Shown here piece by piece: positions 19,200 to 29,433 of a stretch of 64,000 bases of DNA (positions are counted from its first letter, which is position 1; every line of letters begins with the position of its first letter). Location: the IMG/VR virus record IMGVR_UViG_3300036819_000087, positions 1 to 64,000 of that record. One strand, written 5' to 3'. Made by a program: the position numbers and the translations under genes. Below the pieces are notes generated by a model. The model was not told where the DNA came from and made no database searches. It saw only the letters and a program-made list of their open reading frames with translations. Origin of the DNA: a virus.

Positions 19200-19528
19200 G
19201 GCGTGATCTCCAGGAGCACCGGTTGCTGGACCGGCACCTCGGGGCTGTCGGTGACCTTGATCCACACCAGCCACATGCCCACCGATAGGGCGGTGCCGCC
19301 GTTCGCGGGCCCGACCAGTGCCTGCGCCCAGTAGGCCGGGCCGGGGAACGTCTCCCACGACCCGGTGACCCAATCAGAGCTGGTGGGGGTGACCTGCGGG
19401 TAGGTTTCGCGGGTGAACGCGAACTGGACCTCGTCGCTGGTCGGGTCGTAGCCGTCGGGGCTTTTGACCGTGACCTGAACCTGCACATACTGGGTAGACA
19501 GGGCCGACTGGGTCAGCATGTTCGGCAC
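19196..19528 (-). CDS. Small beta-sandwich virion protein
   Basis: YDPT...VQFAF...VWIKVTDSPEVPV; 4-bp overlap with the next gene. Confidence 0.6.
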   Translation of the reverse strand: MPNMLTQSALSTQYVQVQVTVKSPDGYDPTSDEVQFAFTRETYPQVTPTSSDWVTGSWETFPGPAYWAQALVGPANGGTALSVGMWLVWIKVTDSPEVPVQQPVLLEITP

Positions 19529-19531
19529 GAT

Positions 19532-21760
19532 TTATCCGCCTCCCCTTGATGGCCCGGACGGCCACTTCCACGAGCTGGTCACCGTCTCCCACGTGTGCCG
19601 CGCCGCCCCGGCCACCCACCGGAACCGCGCCTGCCCCGTGCTGTAGATGACCGTGATTTTCTTCGGGATGAACGCGGCCATGCTGGCGGCGGTGTGCAGC
19701 ACAGCGGCGACGACGACCGGGAACACCCGCCCCGCATGCCCGGCCACACCGACCAGGCCGGCCAGCCGGGCGGACATGACCCGCCGGGCTACCGCCGACG
19801 TGGCGGCCGTCGCGGCATGGACGGCGGCCAGCCCCCGCACCGTGGCTGCCGACGTGGCCAGCGTCGCGGCGGCGGCCACCTGCCGCACCCGGGCCGAGGC
19901 CACCGACGAGGCCGAGGTGACAGTGGCGGACAGGGCGCGGGCCACGACCCGGGCCGTGCTGGCCGAGGTGGTGAGGGTGGCGGCCTGACGCTGCCACACC
20001 GACCGGGCCGTGCTGCCCGCCACGGTCACCGTCGCGGCCAGGACCTTGCCGGGGTTCGCGGACCGGGCTCCGGTCAGCGCGGCCAGCGCGGTCAGCGTGA
20101 TCTGCCGGACCTTGATCATGGCCGCCGACGCGGCCGTGCCGATCGTGGCGGCCAGGTCGACCGCTTGCCGGCGGCCCGCCGACCCGGCCACGTTGACGAG
20201 GCCAGCCAGGTGGAGGGACCGTGCCACCTGACTGGCCAGGCTGCCCGCAGTGGTCATGGCCGCGGCGAGGGCGCGGCCGGTGCGGGACTGGACAGCCGCG
20301 GCCGTCACCACCTGCCCGGCCAGCGCGATCAGGTGCACCGCAGCGGCCGCCAGCGTGCCCGCCGCGGTGACTGTGGCGGCGACCGCACGGCCGGCCCGGC
20401 GGGAAACCCCACTCGAGAGATTCGCGACCGCGGCCAGGACCCGGCCCGTGACGCTGGCCAGCCGGGCGGCCGTGGCCACCTGCCCGGCCAGCGGCTTCCC
20501 AGCCTGCCGGCCAAGGCTGCCCGTGGTGGCCACGGCCGCCGCCAGCCCCCGCCCCGTACGTCGCGCCTGGAACGCCCCTACCGTCGTCTGCGCGGCCAGG
20601 GTCAGAAGGTGCGCAGCCCCGGCCGTCAGCGCGCCCACGGCCGTGACGCTGGCAGCCAGGGCACGTTTCGCCTGCCGGGTCAAGGTCGCGGCCGTGGCCA
20701 CTGTCGCGGTGAGGGCCCGGCCGGCCCTCCGCGTGATCGCCGCGGCCGTGGCCAGCGTCGCGGCCAGCACGAGCGTGAACGCTGACGACGACGGCAGCAG
20801 AGGCCGCCCCGGGTTGGCCAGGCCGGGCTGCATGTAGCCGGGAACGGCAGGGAACCCCTTGTTCAGCGGCCGCGGTATCCACCCGCCCGCCCCGGTCAGC
20901 GTCGCGGCCAGCACCCGGGCCACGCGGCGGGTCACCGACGAGGCCGTGACCACCGTGGCGGGCAGCGGCTTGCCCGCCCGGCTGGACCTGGCCGCCGCCG
21001 TGGCCACCGACGAGGCCAGCGGCTTCCCTGCCCGGCCGGCCCGGGTGGAGGTCACGTTGACCGAACTGGTCACGGTCAGGTCGTGGGTGACCGGGCCGGT
21101 GCCGCCGGCGAGGACCTCGGCGCCGATCGACGCCCACCAGTCGCTGCCGTTGATCTGCCACGCGACCGTCACCGGCGACCCGGTCGAGGGACTGGTCGCC
21201 CCGGCTGCGTTCCCGGCCGCCGAGTTGGGTGAGAAGTCGCTGATCCATTGGGAGGTGGCCGGGCTCGTGGGCGGGTTCAGCGCTGACCCGCAGCACGCCC
21301 CCGCGTCGACGATGTTCCCCGACGTGGTCGCAGTGATCGTGGTAGACGCGGTGCCGCCGGACCCGAAATCGGTCACTGGCGTGCCGATCCCGGTGGTCTG
21401 GTCGGCGCCGAGGTAACTGGTCGACCCGGCCTCGACCGACCCGTCCGGGGCCGTGTTCATCGTGGCGACCACCGACGCGGAACCGGCCGGCGGGTTGATC
21501 AGTTTCCACAGCGTCGTGTAGCCGGCGGTCTGGTCGTTGGAGTGGACCGGGCCGGCGGCCAGCGTCATCGCCGACCCGCCGTAGGTGACCCCGGTGACCG
21601 TATAGGCGGAGTCGTTCTGGTCGTCGGCGCCGACGGTGACCCGGGCCAGCAGGAGCCCACCAGACCCGGAACCCATCACATGCGGCCAGGAGATACTCGA
21701 CGGGGCGGTCGCGGCCGTACCAGCCGAACCAGGGCCGACCGTGTCGAATGCCAGGGTCAC
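19532..21760 (-). CDS. Repeat-rich fibre-like virion protein
   Basis: Globular N-terminus followed by about 20 imperfect ~19-20-aa repeats (R..GR.LAA.V.T.A). Confidence 0.7.
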   Translation of the reverse strand: MTLAFDTVGPGSAGTAATAPSSISWPHVMGSGSGGLLLARVTVGADDQNDSAYTVTGVTYGGSAMTLAAGPVHSNDQTAGYTTLWKLINPPAGSASVVATMNTAPDGSVEAGSTSYLGADQTTGIGTPVTDFGSGGTASTTITATTSGNIVDAGACCGSALNPPTSPATSQWISDFSPNSAAGNAAGATSPSTGSPVTVAWQINGSDWWASIGAEVLAGGTGPVTHDLTVTSSVNVTSTRAGRAGKPLASSVATAAARSSRAGKPLPATVVTASSVTRRVARVLAATLTGAGGWIPRPLNKGFPAVPGYMQPGLANPGRPLLPSSSAFTLVLAATLATAAAITRRAGRALTATVATAATLTRQAKRALAASVTAVGALTAGAAHLLTLAAQTTVGAFQARRTGRGLAAAVATTGSLGRQAGKPLAGQVATAARLASVTGRVLAAVANLSSGVSRRAGRAVAATVTAAGTLAAAAVHLIALAGQVVTAAAVQSRTGRALAAAMTTAGSLASQVARSLHLAGLVNVAGSAGRRQAVDLAATIGTAASAAMIKVRQITLTALAALTGARSANPGKVLAATVTVAGSTARSVWQRQAATLTTSASTARVVARALSATVTSASSVASARVRQVAAAATLATSAATVRGLAAVHAATAATSAVARRVMSARLAGLVGVAGHAGRVFPVVVAAVLHTAASMAAFIPKKITVIYSTGQARFRWVAGAARHTWETVTSSWKWPSGPSRGGG

Positions 21761-21815
21761 ACGTCACCCCCTGGCCCTCCAGGCATACGCGACGGACCAG
21801 GAGCAGGGTGTTCGA

Positions 21816-22502
21816 TTATTGCGGTATAAGCTGGGCACTTGCCGTAAATTGTATCGAATCACCGGAGTTGAGCGCCAACCCAGTGAAGCTGGCGTGGAGG
21901 AACAACTGCTCGGAGATCGCGGTGCCGCCGGGCCCGTCGCCGGCGGTGATCACGTCGGCGGTCGCGATCGACCCGAACGCGGTCGACCCGTTCTGTGCCC
22001 GGGCCACCGTCAGCGACGTGCCACCAGAACCGGTGAGGACCTGGAGAACTTCGGAGTCGACCTGGATGAACGTCGAGTTCGCCGGGGTGTAGTTCGCGGC
22101 GATCGTCAGCGTCGTCCCCGAGGTGGAGGCGACTGCGGCCCCACCGGTCACTGTCGAGGAAAACGGCTTGGTGGTGGTGTTGAACAGGCCCATCTCCGAG
22201 ATGGTTTCGGCAGTGCCCGCAGTGATCGTGCCGACCGCCTGATACGTGTCCTCACTGAACACGGTCGTGGTCAGGCTCGACCCGGACGGCGTGATCCGGG
22301 CCTCGGGCGCCTCATGGAACAAGCCCACGTCACTGGTCGCTGCGGACCCGGCACCGAGCCCGAACCCGGCGTTGCCCGAGTTCCCGCCGAGCCCCCATCC
22401 CATGTCCGCGGGCAGGGTCCCGTACTTGGTGCCCGCAAGGTTGAAAAACCGGTCCATGATCATGGACGCGCCCGTGCGGGTGACGTGCACAAAGTTGGCC
22501 AC
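21816..22502 (-). CDS. Virion structural protein
   Basis: ISEMGLF...FTGLALNSGDSIQFT pattern seen in fibre-base proteins. Confidence 0.65.
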   Translation of the reverse strand: MANFVHVTRTGASMIMDRFFNLAGTKYGTLPADMGWGLGGNSGNAGFGLGAGSAATSDVGLFHEAPEARITPSGSSLTTTVFSEDTYQAVGTITAGTAETISEMGLFNTTTKPFSSTVTGGAAVASTSGTTLTIAANYTPANSTFIQVDSEVLQVLTGSGGTSLTVARAQNGSTAFGSIATADVITAGDGPGGTAISEQLFLHASFTGLALNSGDSIQFTASAQLIPQ

Positions 22503-22509
22503 ACAGCCC

Positions 22510-22770
22510 CTATCTGGCTATTTGCCGGTTGGTTCGCTTGATCCGCCGGTCGGCCAGGCGGGAGCCGGCCAGCCGCCACCACGCCGCCTTGACGGGGTTG
22601 CTGTATGTCGCGGCCACCACCCCGAGATCGTGGACGACCGCCGGTTCCGTGTTCCCGCACCCGCCGCACGGCCGGCCCGGGTCACGGCGGTACCCGCACC
22701 GGTCGCAGCCGCGGATGACCACCGCGGCGACCTCGGCCTGCCCGAACGGGACCGCACCGGGCCCGTTCAC
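22510..22770 (-). CDS. Small CxxC protein
   Basis: Two CxxC pairs; GTGA coupling. Confidence 0.5.
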   Translation of the reverse strand: MNGPGAVPFGQAEVAAVVIRGCDRCGYRRDPGRPCGGCGNTEPAVVHDLGVVAATYSNPVKAAWWRLAGSRLADRRIKRTNRQIAR

Positions 22771-23903
22771 CGCCGCCGGCCCAGTTCCTCGTCCAGGCCC
22801 TGCCGGTCCATCGCCGCCTGGATCAGCCGCAGAGACGACGCCGGGACACGGCCGCCACTGCGGGCCTGCCGCTGAAATTCGAGGTTCGCGGCAGCGAGCT
22901 GGCGGGGGGTGAGCGCGGCGACGAACTGGTCCCGCAGGCTCGGTTTCAACGCCCGCAACGTACTGGTCACCGCCCCGCCGTCCTTAGCCTGGGCGGCCAT
23001 CCGAGCGATCGTCTCCGACTGGTCCGGTTTGGGTGCCCGGGACTGGCGGGCGGATGGTTTCCCTGCGAGCCGGTCCCGGATCATCTGGTGGGTGTCGGAC
23101 ACTTCCCCGTGGCGGCCGAGCGTGTCGGCTACATGGGTGAGGTACGAGTCCGCGGCCCGGGCCTCGGCGTCGGACAAGCCGGCCACGGCTTGCCGGCGGC
23201 CGCGTACCCCCCCGGTCGCGCCCCTGGACTCGATGAAATTGACGGCAGACTTGCCCGGGTCGGCGCCCTGCCGGCCCATCGCGGCACCGCCGCGGGCGTG
23301 GAAGTCAGCGACCCGCTCGGCCGCTGGCCGGGTGTCCTCACCGAGGCGGCGTGGTGGCTTGGCGGCGGCGTCGCTGGCCATCACGCCGAGGAGGTCCACC
23401 CCGGCGGCGGCGTGCTGCGCTTGTGATTCGCGGCGGCTTTGCCGGCTGCCTGGCACGTCGAACAGGGACAACGGCTCGGACTCGTCGAAATCTTGCCGCC
23501 GCATCGCCGTCCAGTCCCGGCCACCGGTCTGCCCGGCCGGGGCTGCGGCCTCGGCCGACAGCAGGTCGCCTTGCTGGCTACCCCGGCCCGGTTTGACGGA
23601 AGGGGCCGGGTTGTCGGTGGCCAGGCCGCGCGGCACGAAGTGGCCCGCACCGTTGCCGCCCCGCCCCGCGCCGGGACGGTGCTCGAAGCTGTGCTCGGCC
23701 CCGGAGTCGAACCGGACCCGCACCTTCCGGCCGCCGACGCCGGTGACGCGCCCTCGGCCGAGTTCGGGGTGCTCGATCTGGCCGCCCCCTCCGGGGATGC
23801 CGACGAAAATCCACCCGTGGATGTAGCCGTGGGGGCCGACCTTGAGGAGGTCGGCGAGCTGGGCGGCGGTCATCCGGGTCGGGGTGTCACTGGTCACCGT
23901 CAC
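22767..23903 (-). CDS. [11 protein letters not shown]-tagged head-cluster protein (class B adaptor plus unknown domain)
   Basis: Tag at 23811-23843 followed by HP.LG.G.V...VRFD.G SH3-like segment; GGAGG RBS. Confidence 0.7.
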   Translation of the reverse strand: MTVTSDTPTRMTAAQLADLLKVGPHGYIHGWIFVGIPGGGGQIEHPELGRGRVTGVGGRKVRVRFDSGAEHSFEHRPGAGRGGNGAGHFVPRGLATDNPAPSVKPGRGSQQGDLLSAEAAAPAGQTGGRDWTAMRRQDFDESEPLSLFDVPGSRQSRRESQAQHAAAGVDLLGVMASDAAAKPPRRLGEDTRPAAERVADFHARGGAAMGRQGADPGKSAVNFIESRGATGGVRGRRQAVAGLSDAEARAADSYLTHVADTLGRHGEVSDTHQMIRDRLAGKPSARQSRAPKPDQSETIARMAAQAKDGGAVTSTLRALKPSLRDQFVAALTPRQLAAANLEFQRQARSGGRVPASSLRLIQAAMDRQGLDEELGRRR

Positions 23904-25318
23904 GGGGCACCTCCGCTGTCGTTTTTGCCGTGGTCCATGCGGGCGTGCTGGGCGGGCCAGTAGCCGAGGGCCTCGTGGTGCAAGTTGTTGCAGTAGCCTT
24001 TTGCCTGGTCGGGGGTCATGTGGGCGTGTTCGGTGACCAGGGCGACACAGCGCATGAAGTCCCCGTCGGTGCCCCACTTGATGGCGTCGGCGAAGGCGTA
24101 GTGGGTGGGGCCGCCGTGCCCGTGCCGGGTCCAGTACTCGCGGAGCGTCCGCGCGGCGCCTTTCTCGACCGTGTCGCCGTCGAGGGCGTCGAGGACGGGG
24201 CCGAGCGACGCGGCCAGCTCGGGCCGGACCGCTGGGTTGTCGCGGAGGAGGCCGGGCGCCCACCAGGCCAGCGCCTCGGTCTGGTCACCGTCGGGGTCGT
24301 CCGGGTTGATCACCTCGTCGCGGCCCTCATGGATCGGCACGTCCGCCTCGGCTGGGACGGTCAGCACGAACCCCTCGTAGATGCCGTGCCGCCACCGGCC
24401 GGTGATCTGGCCGCGGGGTGGCTGGCAGCCGGTCTCCTCGGCCCACTCCCGGGCCGCGCCCATGATCGGGGTTTCCCCTGCCTCGATGTGGCCGCCGGGG
24501 AACTCCCACATGCCCGCAGCGGGGTCATCCGGGTCGTTCGCGCGTTGCAGCATGAGGACACGGCCGGTGTCCTCGGCCCGGACGGCCAGGCCAGCGACCT
24601 CGGCCGTCTTGGTTTTGCGCACGGCCGCGCCGCAATGCGGGCAGCCCCGGTCGTGGACGGCCTGGTCGCGGAACACCTCGTCGCAGAACGGCGCGGTCAG
24701 CTCGTTGCCTTCGAGGGTGCCGCTGGCGTCGCACCGGTAGCACTCGTGGCCGGTCGGGTGCTCGCCTGCGCCTCCGCAGCATCCGCAGCCGACCCGGCTG
24801 GTTTTCCCGGACGGGCCGGGTGGGCGGCCGCGGGGCCCGTGGCCGCCGGGGCTGGACGTGCCGGCCTGCTGGCTGCCGTGGCCACCTTGCGGCCACCAGC
24901 CGTCCATGTACGTGTTCGGCCAGTCGGTGCCCGGCCGGGTGGGTACGCCTCGACCGGATGGGGCGGCCGCGTCGTCCTCGTCGTCGGGGACCGTGGCCAC
25001 ACGCGGGACGGGCTGGTCACCGTCCCACCGTGGATAGTCCCCGCCCGCCGACGGGCCCACGGAACCGCCTTGGGCGCTAGCCGGGTCGAGGGGGCCGCCG
25101 GGGCCGTGCTGGGCGCCGTTCGCGTCATGCGGCCGGTGCACTGCGGCACCGCCGCCCGCGCTGTAGCCGCCGGGGTCATCCTGCCGCTGGTCGGTCCAGG
25201 TTTCCTGCCCGTTCAGGTCAACCGTGCGGCCCTTGCTGGTGTCGTCCAGGCCGAGGTCGATGTGGCCGACCAGGTGTGGCTGGAAGTCGGCCATCCGCTC
25301 GGCCATGCCCCCGGTCAC
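23900..25318 (-). CDS. Multidomain NUDIX hydrolase, head-cluster protein
   Basis: Complete Nudix box [23 protein letters not shown]; Zn finger upstream; C-terminal LREYW...[12 protein letters not shown]...KGYC module. Confidence 0.8.
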   Translation of the reverse strand: MTGGMAERMADFQPHLVGHIDLGLDDTSKGRTVDLNGQETWTDQRQDDPGGYSAGGGAAVHRPHDANGAQHGPGGPLDPASAQGGSVGPSAGGDYPRWDGDQPVPRVATVPDDEDDAAAPSGRGVPTRPGTDWPNTYMDGWWPQGGHGSQQAGTSSPGGHGPRGRPPGPSGKTSRVGCGCCGGAGEHPTGHECYRCDASGTLEGNELTAPFCDEVFRDQAVHDRGCPHCGAAVRKTKTAEVAGLAVRAEDTGRVLMLQRANDPDDPAAGMWEFPGGHIEAGETPIMGAAREWAEETGCQPPRGQITGRWRHGIYEGFVLTVPAEADVPIHEGRDEVINPDDPDGDQTEALAWWAPGLLRDNPAVRPELAASLGPVLDALDGDTVEKGAARTLREYWTRHGHGGPTHYAFADAIKWGTDGDFMRCVALVTEHAHMTPDQAKGYCNNLHHEALGYWPAQHARMDHGKNDSGGAP

Positions 25319-27108
25319 GCGGCCACCGACTTCGGCAGGGCCACGAAATAGGCGTCGGTGACATCCACGCGGCCAGGGTGGGGGCCTGACTTCAGGAACG
25401 CGAGCGGCTGGCCAGCGTCGAGGATGACCTCGTTTTCGGGGAACTCGGCGGCCGTGCCCGTCCACACCACCGGGGTTCCGGCTGGGGTCATGATGTGCAT
25501 GACCGTGGTCCCGGACCGGTTGGAGGCGAACCGGCCACCCGGTGACAGGGTGGTCGAGGAGAACCCGGGGTCGGCGATCACGTCGCCGCGGGCCAGCCCA
25601 TCGAACGTCATCGGGCCTTCGATCTGGCGGAGGAGGGTGAGGTCCTCGGGTAGCGGCTGCATCGCCGACGACAGCGCGGCGGCGACCGGGCCACCGTCGC
25701 CGTCGGCTCGCAGGCCGCCGTTGACCGCGGTGTACTCCGGGCCGGTGTATGCCTGGATGGCCTTGGCCTGCCCGGGGGTGTAGTGGAACGCGGGGTCGAG
25801 GTGCTCCTGGCGGTACTGGGTGGCCTCGTCGAACCGGAGTTCGCGGGGATGCAGCGTCCCGGCGTGGTCGCGGGCCCACTGGCCCGCGTGCTCGCTGATC
25901 TCCTCGCCCGCACCGGACCGTACCCAGTGGCCGTGGGAGCCGCGCAGCTCGTGCTCCCACGCCGCCTTGATCACGGCCTCGGCGAGCGCGGCCTGGTGCT
26001 GCGCGAGCACGTCCTCGTAGCCGTTGAGGTCCTCGGCCTTGACCACGGGTTTCGGCCAGGTGCCGGTGATGTCGAGGCCGTGGACCACGGTGGGCATCGG
26101 CGCGCACCTACAGTTGGGATGACCTGGTGGCCCCAGATCCCCTGACGGGAACAGGGCCAGGAGCGGGATGCCACCCTCGGCCTCGTTCCTGCGGCACACC
26201 GGGCAGACCCGCTCATCGGGGGCGACCGCCCACTCTTTCCCCTCGACCCCGTGCTCGATGTACTGGTCGAAACTCGCTGCGGTGACGGCCCGGGCGATCT
26301 CGGTCCGGGCGATCATCGGGGCCCGCTGAGGCACCCGCAAGATGCTCTCGAGTCTCCCCGCGAGGTCTTCCCACGAGTCGCCGTTGGCGACGGCGTCGGC
26401 GATCTCGTCGGCCAGATCTTGCATCCTGGTCTGGGCGATCGACCGGATCATGGAGATGCCGTGGGAGGCCAGCAGTGCCTGGAGGCGGGGGGCGGTCGCG
26501 ATGCCCTGGGCGGCTTCGAGGTCACCGGGTGTCCAGGTCCCCCAGTCGGGGATCTCCTGGCGGGCGATCCCGCGGGCCGAGTGATGCCCGAGGTACCACG
26601 CCTCGGTCCAGAGCCGCCGCAGCGTGGCACCGACGTGGGCGCCGATCCCGTCGGAGATCAGGTCAACGAGGCCCTGCCTGGTTGCGGCCAGCCGGCCCGC
26701 CCACCAGTCCCGCAGCAGACCCGTCGCGTTACTGGTCGCCGCTTTGAACGCTTGGGTGATCTGGTCGGTGTAGACGCTGGCCAGCGTCAGGTCATAGACC
26801 CAGCCAGGCCAGGCAGCGGGCGTCGGAGGGGCCGGCGGGACTGGTTGACCAGCCGGGCCCGTCGGCGGGGTCGGTGGGACTTTTGGGTCAGCATCGCCAC
26901 CCGCGGCGGCGGCCTTGCTGGTGTGGCCGGACGGTTCGGTCCACACGTACCCGTTGCTGTACCCGTCGAGGTAGGCGGCGGCACCACGCCGGGCGGCCAC
27001 GTCGGCCATCGACTGGAGGCCGGGGGTGGAGGCGACCAGGCCGTTGCCGGTGTCGGTGATCGTCCCGGCCGGGCCCCGCGCGGTGTGCACCGTCCAGACC
27101 GCGGTCAC
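25315..27108 (-). CDS. MuF (phage Mu gpF-like) minor head protein fused to an ADP-ribosyltransferase
   Basis: [17 protein letters not shown] and PPGHPNCRC MuF motifs; C-terminal R...FSSTT...ENE (R-S-E, VIP2-like). Confidence 0.88.
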   Translation of the reverse strand: MTAVWTVHTARGPAGTITDTGNGLVASTPGLQSMADVAARRGAAAYLDGYSNGYVWTEPSGHTSKAAAAGGDADPKVPPTPPTGPAGQPVPPAPPTPAAWPGWVYDLTLASVYTDQITQAFKAATSNATGLLRDWWAGRLAATRQGLVDLISDGIGAHVGATLRRLWTEAWYLGHHSARGIARQEIPDWGTWTPGDLEAAQGIATAPRLQALLASHGISMIRSIAQTRMQDLADEIADAVANGDSWEDLAGRLESILRVPQRAPMIARTEIARAVTAASFDQYIEHGVEGKEWAVAPDERVCPVCRRNEAEGGIPLLALFPSGDLGPPGHPNCRCAPMPTVVHGLDITGTWPKPVVKAEDLNGYEDVLAQHQAALAEAVIKAAWEHELRGSHGHWVRSGAGEEISEHAGQWARDHAGTLHPRELRFDEATQYRQEHLDPAFHYTPGQAKAIQAYTGPEYTAVNGGLRADGDGGPVAAALSSAMQPLPEDLTLLRQIEGPMTFDGLARGDVIADPGFSSTTLSPGGRFASNRSGTTVMHIMTPAGTPVVWTGTAAEFPENEVILDAGQPLAFLKSGPHPGRVDVTDAYFVALPKSVAA

Positions 27109-28490
27109 GCCGCTGCCTCGTTCTCAGCGTCGGCGACCCGGTCGCGGAGCCGGGTGAGTGCACCCATCGTCTGGTCGAACATTTCCTCGGGGAACAGGTC
27201 AGTGGCGTACTCGGTGTCATCATCGTCGTTGAGGGCGTTGAGTTCGCGGGCCGCCTGGTCAAACGCGGGCTTGATCGCTTCTACCCGGGCGGTGATCGCG
27301 TCGAGGCCGGCGGAACTGATCGGCGTGTTCCCGTCGTCGAGTTCTTCGAGGAGGTGGTCGGTGAATGGGCTGGTGTTGCCCAGCCAGCCGGTCCCGTCGT
27401 CGGCGAGCGCCTCCCACGTGCCGTTGTTGTCGATCGGGACGGGGGTGCCGTCGCTGGCGATCAGCACGTTCCCGGAGTGCCGATCCTGGTGGCCGGTGAT
27501 CGCGTCGAATACACCGATCCGGGCCCCGGCCGGGGTGCTCATCGCCTTGGTCAGAGACCCCGTGGGTGCTTCGGCGCCTGGTGTCGCGTCCCCGACGAAC
27601 GGCATGTAAACCTCGCGGGGGCTGGTCCTGACAATGTGCGGGGCGCCAGCACCGACCGCGTCGGCGACACGGGAGGCCAGCAGATCACGGATGGCGTTCG
27701 CCTTGGAAACCTTCTCCGTGATCGGGTTGTGGGTGCCGGACGGGTATTCCTTGTGCACCCACTTGCTGCCGTCGGGGAACGTCTCGATGGTGGTGTACGC
27801 CTGCATGCCCTCGGTGGACGGCGTTTTCACCGTGGGTTCACCGGACCGGAACGCGGCGGCGAGCCGTTTGGCGGTCTCCTCGTGCCCCTCCCCCGCGGGC
27901 TTCTCGGACCGCCACGTGCCCGCTACCGGGCCGGGTTCCGGTTTACGGGCGGCTGGGGTGTGCATGGGCCCGGGTGCGGCTTGGTCTGCGGGCCGGGCCC
28001 CCGCCTGGTTGGCTCGCCTGTTGTACCGGCGGGACACCGACCTCAACGCGGCACCCCGGCTGTCGTGGCTGGTCTGGTCGCCGTTGGCGTGGTGGGCGAC
28101 GAACAGGCCGTTCTCGTCCCGGGCCACGTGCCCGACCGCCCAGCCGGTCTTGCGGTGGACGATCCCGCCATCTTTGGCGACGGCCAGGTCGTCGGCCTTG
28201 ATGTGGCCAGGCTTCTCCCCACAGGGCGGCCGCACACAGATGTACCCGTGGATGTAACCCTCGGGGCCGACTTTGGTCAGGTCCGGGACGAACGCCTTGG
28301 CCAGCTCGCCGCGGGCTGCGGCGAACCCCTGGTGCCATGCGGTCGCGGCCTGCCGGACCAGCAACGGGCCCGCATGCGGGTCTGGTGCCGGATGGTCGAG
28401 GACGCCGCCGGCGTGGCGGGTGTGGGCGGCGCGGCGGCCGGCCATGTGCGCGGCGGCGATCACGTCACCGCGGTCAACTACCGGGGCCAC
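27105..28490 (-). CDS. Tagged head-cluster protein with HipA/PI3-PI4-kinase-like domain
   Basis: KVGPEGYIHGY tag; WVHK, FDAITGHQDRHSGNVLI and PIDN kinase motifs. Confidence 0.78.
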   Translation of the reverse strand: MAPVVDRGDVIAAAHMAGRRAAHTRHAGGVLDHPAPDPHAGPLLVRQAATAWHQGFAAARGELAKAFVPDLTKVGPEGYIHGYICVRPPCGEKPGHIKADDLAVAKDGGIVHRKTGWAVGHVARDENGLFVAHHANGDQTSHDSRGAALRSVSRRYNRRANQAGARPADQAAPGPMHTPAARKPEPGPVAGTWRSEKPAGEGHEETAKRLAAAFRSGEPTVKTPSTEGMQAYTTIETFPDGSKWVHKEYPSGTHNPITEKVSKANAIRDLLASRVADAVGAGAPHIVRTSPREVYMPFVGDATPGAEAPTGSLTKAMSTPAGARIGVFDAITGHQDRHSGNVLIASDGTPVPIDNNGTWEALADDGTGWLGNTSPFTDHLLEELDDGNTPISSAGLDAITARVEAIKPAFDQAARELNALNDDDDTEYATDLFPEEMFDQTMGALTRLRDRVADAENEAAA

Positions 28491-28518
28491 GTGATCAACC
28501 TGTGATCAGCTACCGAGG

Positions 28519-29433
28519 TCATGCGTAGAAGTCACCCCCGCGCGGTCCGCCCCCGGCGGCCTGGCCGAGGAGCATCGACTGGAAATCGGCGCTGGTGGGG
28601 CGCCCGTTCTGGTCCCACCATTCGCCCAGCTCGGACGAGGCGTATTTGCGGGCCCGGTTCTCGGGTCCGGTGAACAGGGACCACGGGTCGATGTCGGCTT
28701 TCTGGCCTTCCCGGTTGAGCATGACCCCGTTCGTGGCGGCCTCGGCGTCGAGGACCCGGCGTTGCACATCGGTTTTGAAGGCGTCGCGGGCGAGTTCCTC
28801 GAAGTTGCGGCCCTTGAATCCCTGGGTGCGCAACTGCTGGATGGACGCTTGCCGGGTCATCGTGTCGGTGTCGGTGCCGTAGGAGTGCGCCCAGGCGTCC
28901 TCGGGGTTTTCCCCCTCGTCCACCAGCCCCTGATAGACCCGGTTGCGGTCCCCTTCCGATGTGGGGGTTTGGGCGTAGAGGCCAGCGACGCGGGCTTTGC
29001 GTTCGTCGCGGTCGCGGCGGTCGAGTTCGGCGACCGCGTGCTCGAACCGCTTCCCATCCCCGGACGCGAGTTCGCGGGCGAGTTCGTCGTCGGTCATCCG
29101 CTCGAAGTGGCCGGGGCCCTGGCCGGGCCGGACCGGGAACGAGGCGGCGTGGCCGTCGTCGAACGCGACCGACACGTGCGGGTGGCCGTGCTCACCTGCG
29201 GGCTCGGATTCGGTGACCTGCCCGTGCCCGTGGTGCGGGTGGAACACGTGGTCGCCGGCCGCGGGGATGCCCACGAAGATCCAGCCGTGGATGTAGCCGT
29301 GCGGACCCACCTTGACCAGGCCGGCGGCGGTGGCGGTCTTGACTGCGGGGCTGGGCAGCATCGCGTCGAGCAGCACGTCGTCGCAGCGGAAATCGTCGGG
29401 GAACCATGAAGGGAGCCCGGCCTTAGTGGGCAC
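28519..29433 (-). CDS. [11 protein letters not shown]-tagged head-cluster protein (class B adaptor plus unknown helical domain)
   Basis: Tag at 29281-29313; C-terminal AEAATNGVMLN...ARKYASSEL.EWW..NGRPT module. Confidence 0.72.
   Translation of the reverse strand: MPTKAGLPSWFPDDFRCDDVLLDAMLPSPAVKTATAAGLVKVGPHGYIHGWIFVGIPAAGDHVFHPHHGHGQVTESEPAGEHGHPHVSVAFDDGHAASFPVRPGQGPGHFERMTDDELARELASGDGKRFEHAVAELDRRDRDERKARVAGLYAQTPTSEGDRNRVYQGLVDEGENPEDAWAHSYGTDTDTMTRQASIQQLRTQGFKGRNFEELARDAFKTDVQRRVLDAEAATNGVMLNREGQKADIDPWSLFTGPENRARKYASSELGEWWDQNGRPTSADFQSMLLGQAAGGGPRGGDFYA

Noticed and set aside
19600-21060. Repetitive DNA as a possible CRISPR or nucleotide repeat array
   Set aside because: Repeats are degenerate and in-frame at protein level, with no constant repeat/unique spacer structure and no cas genes
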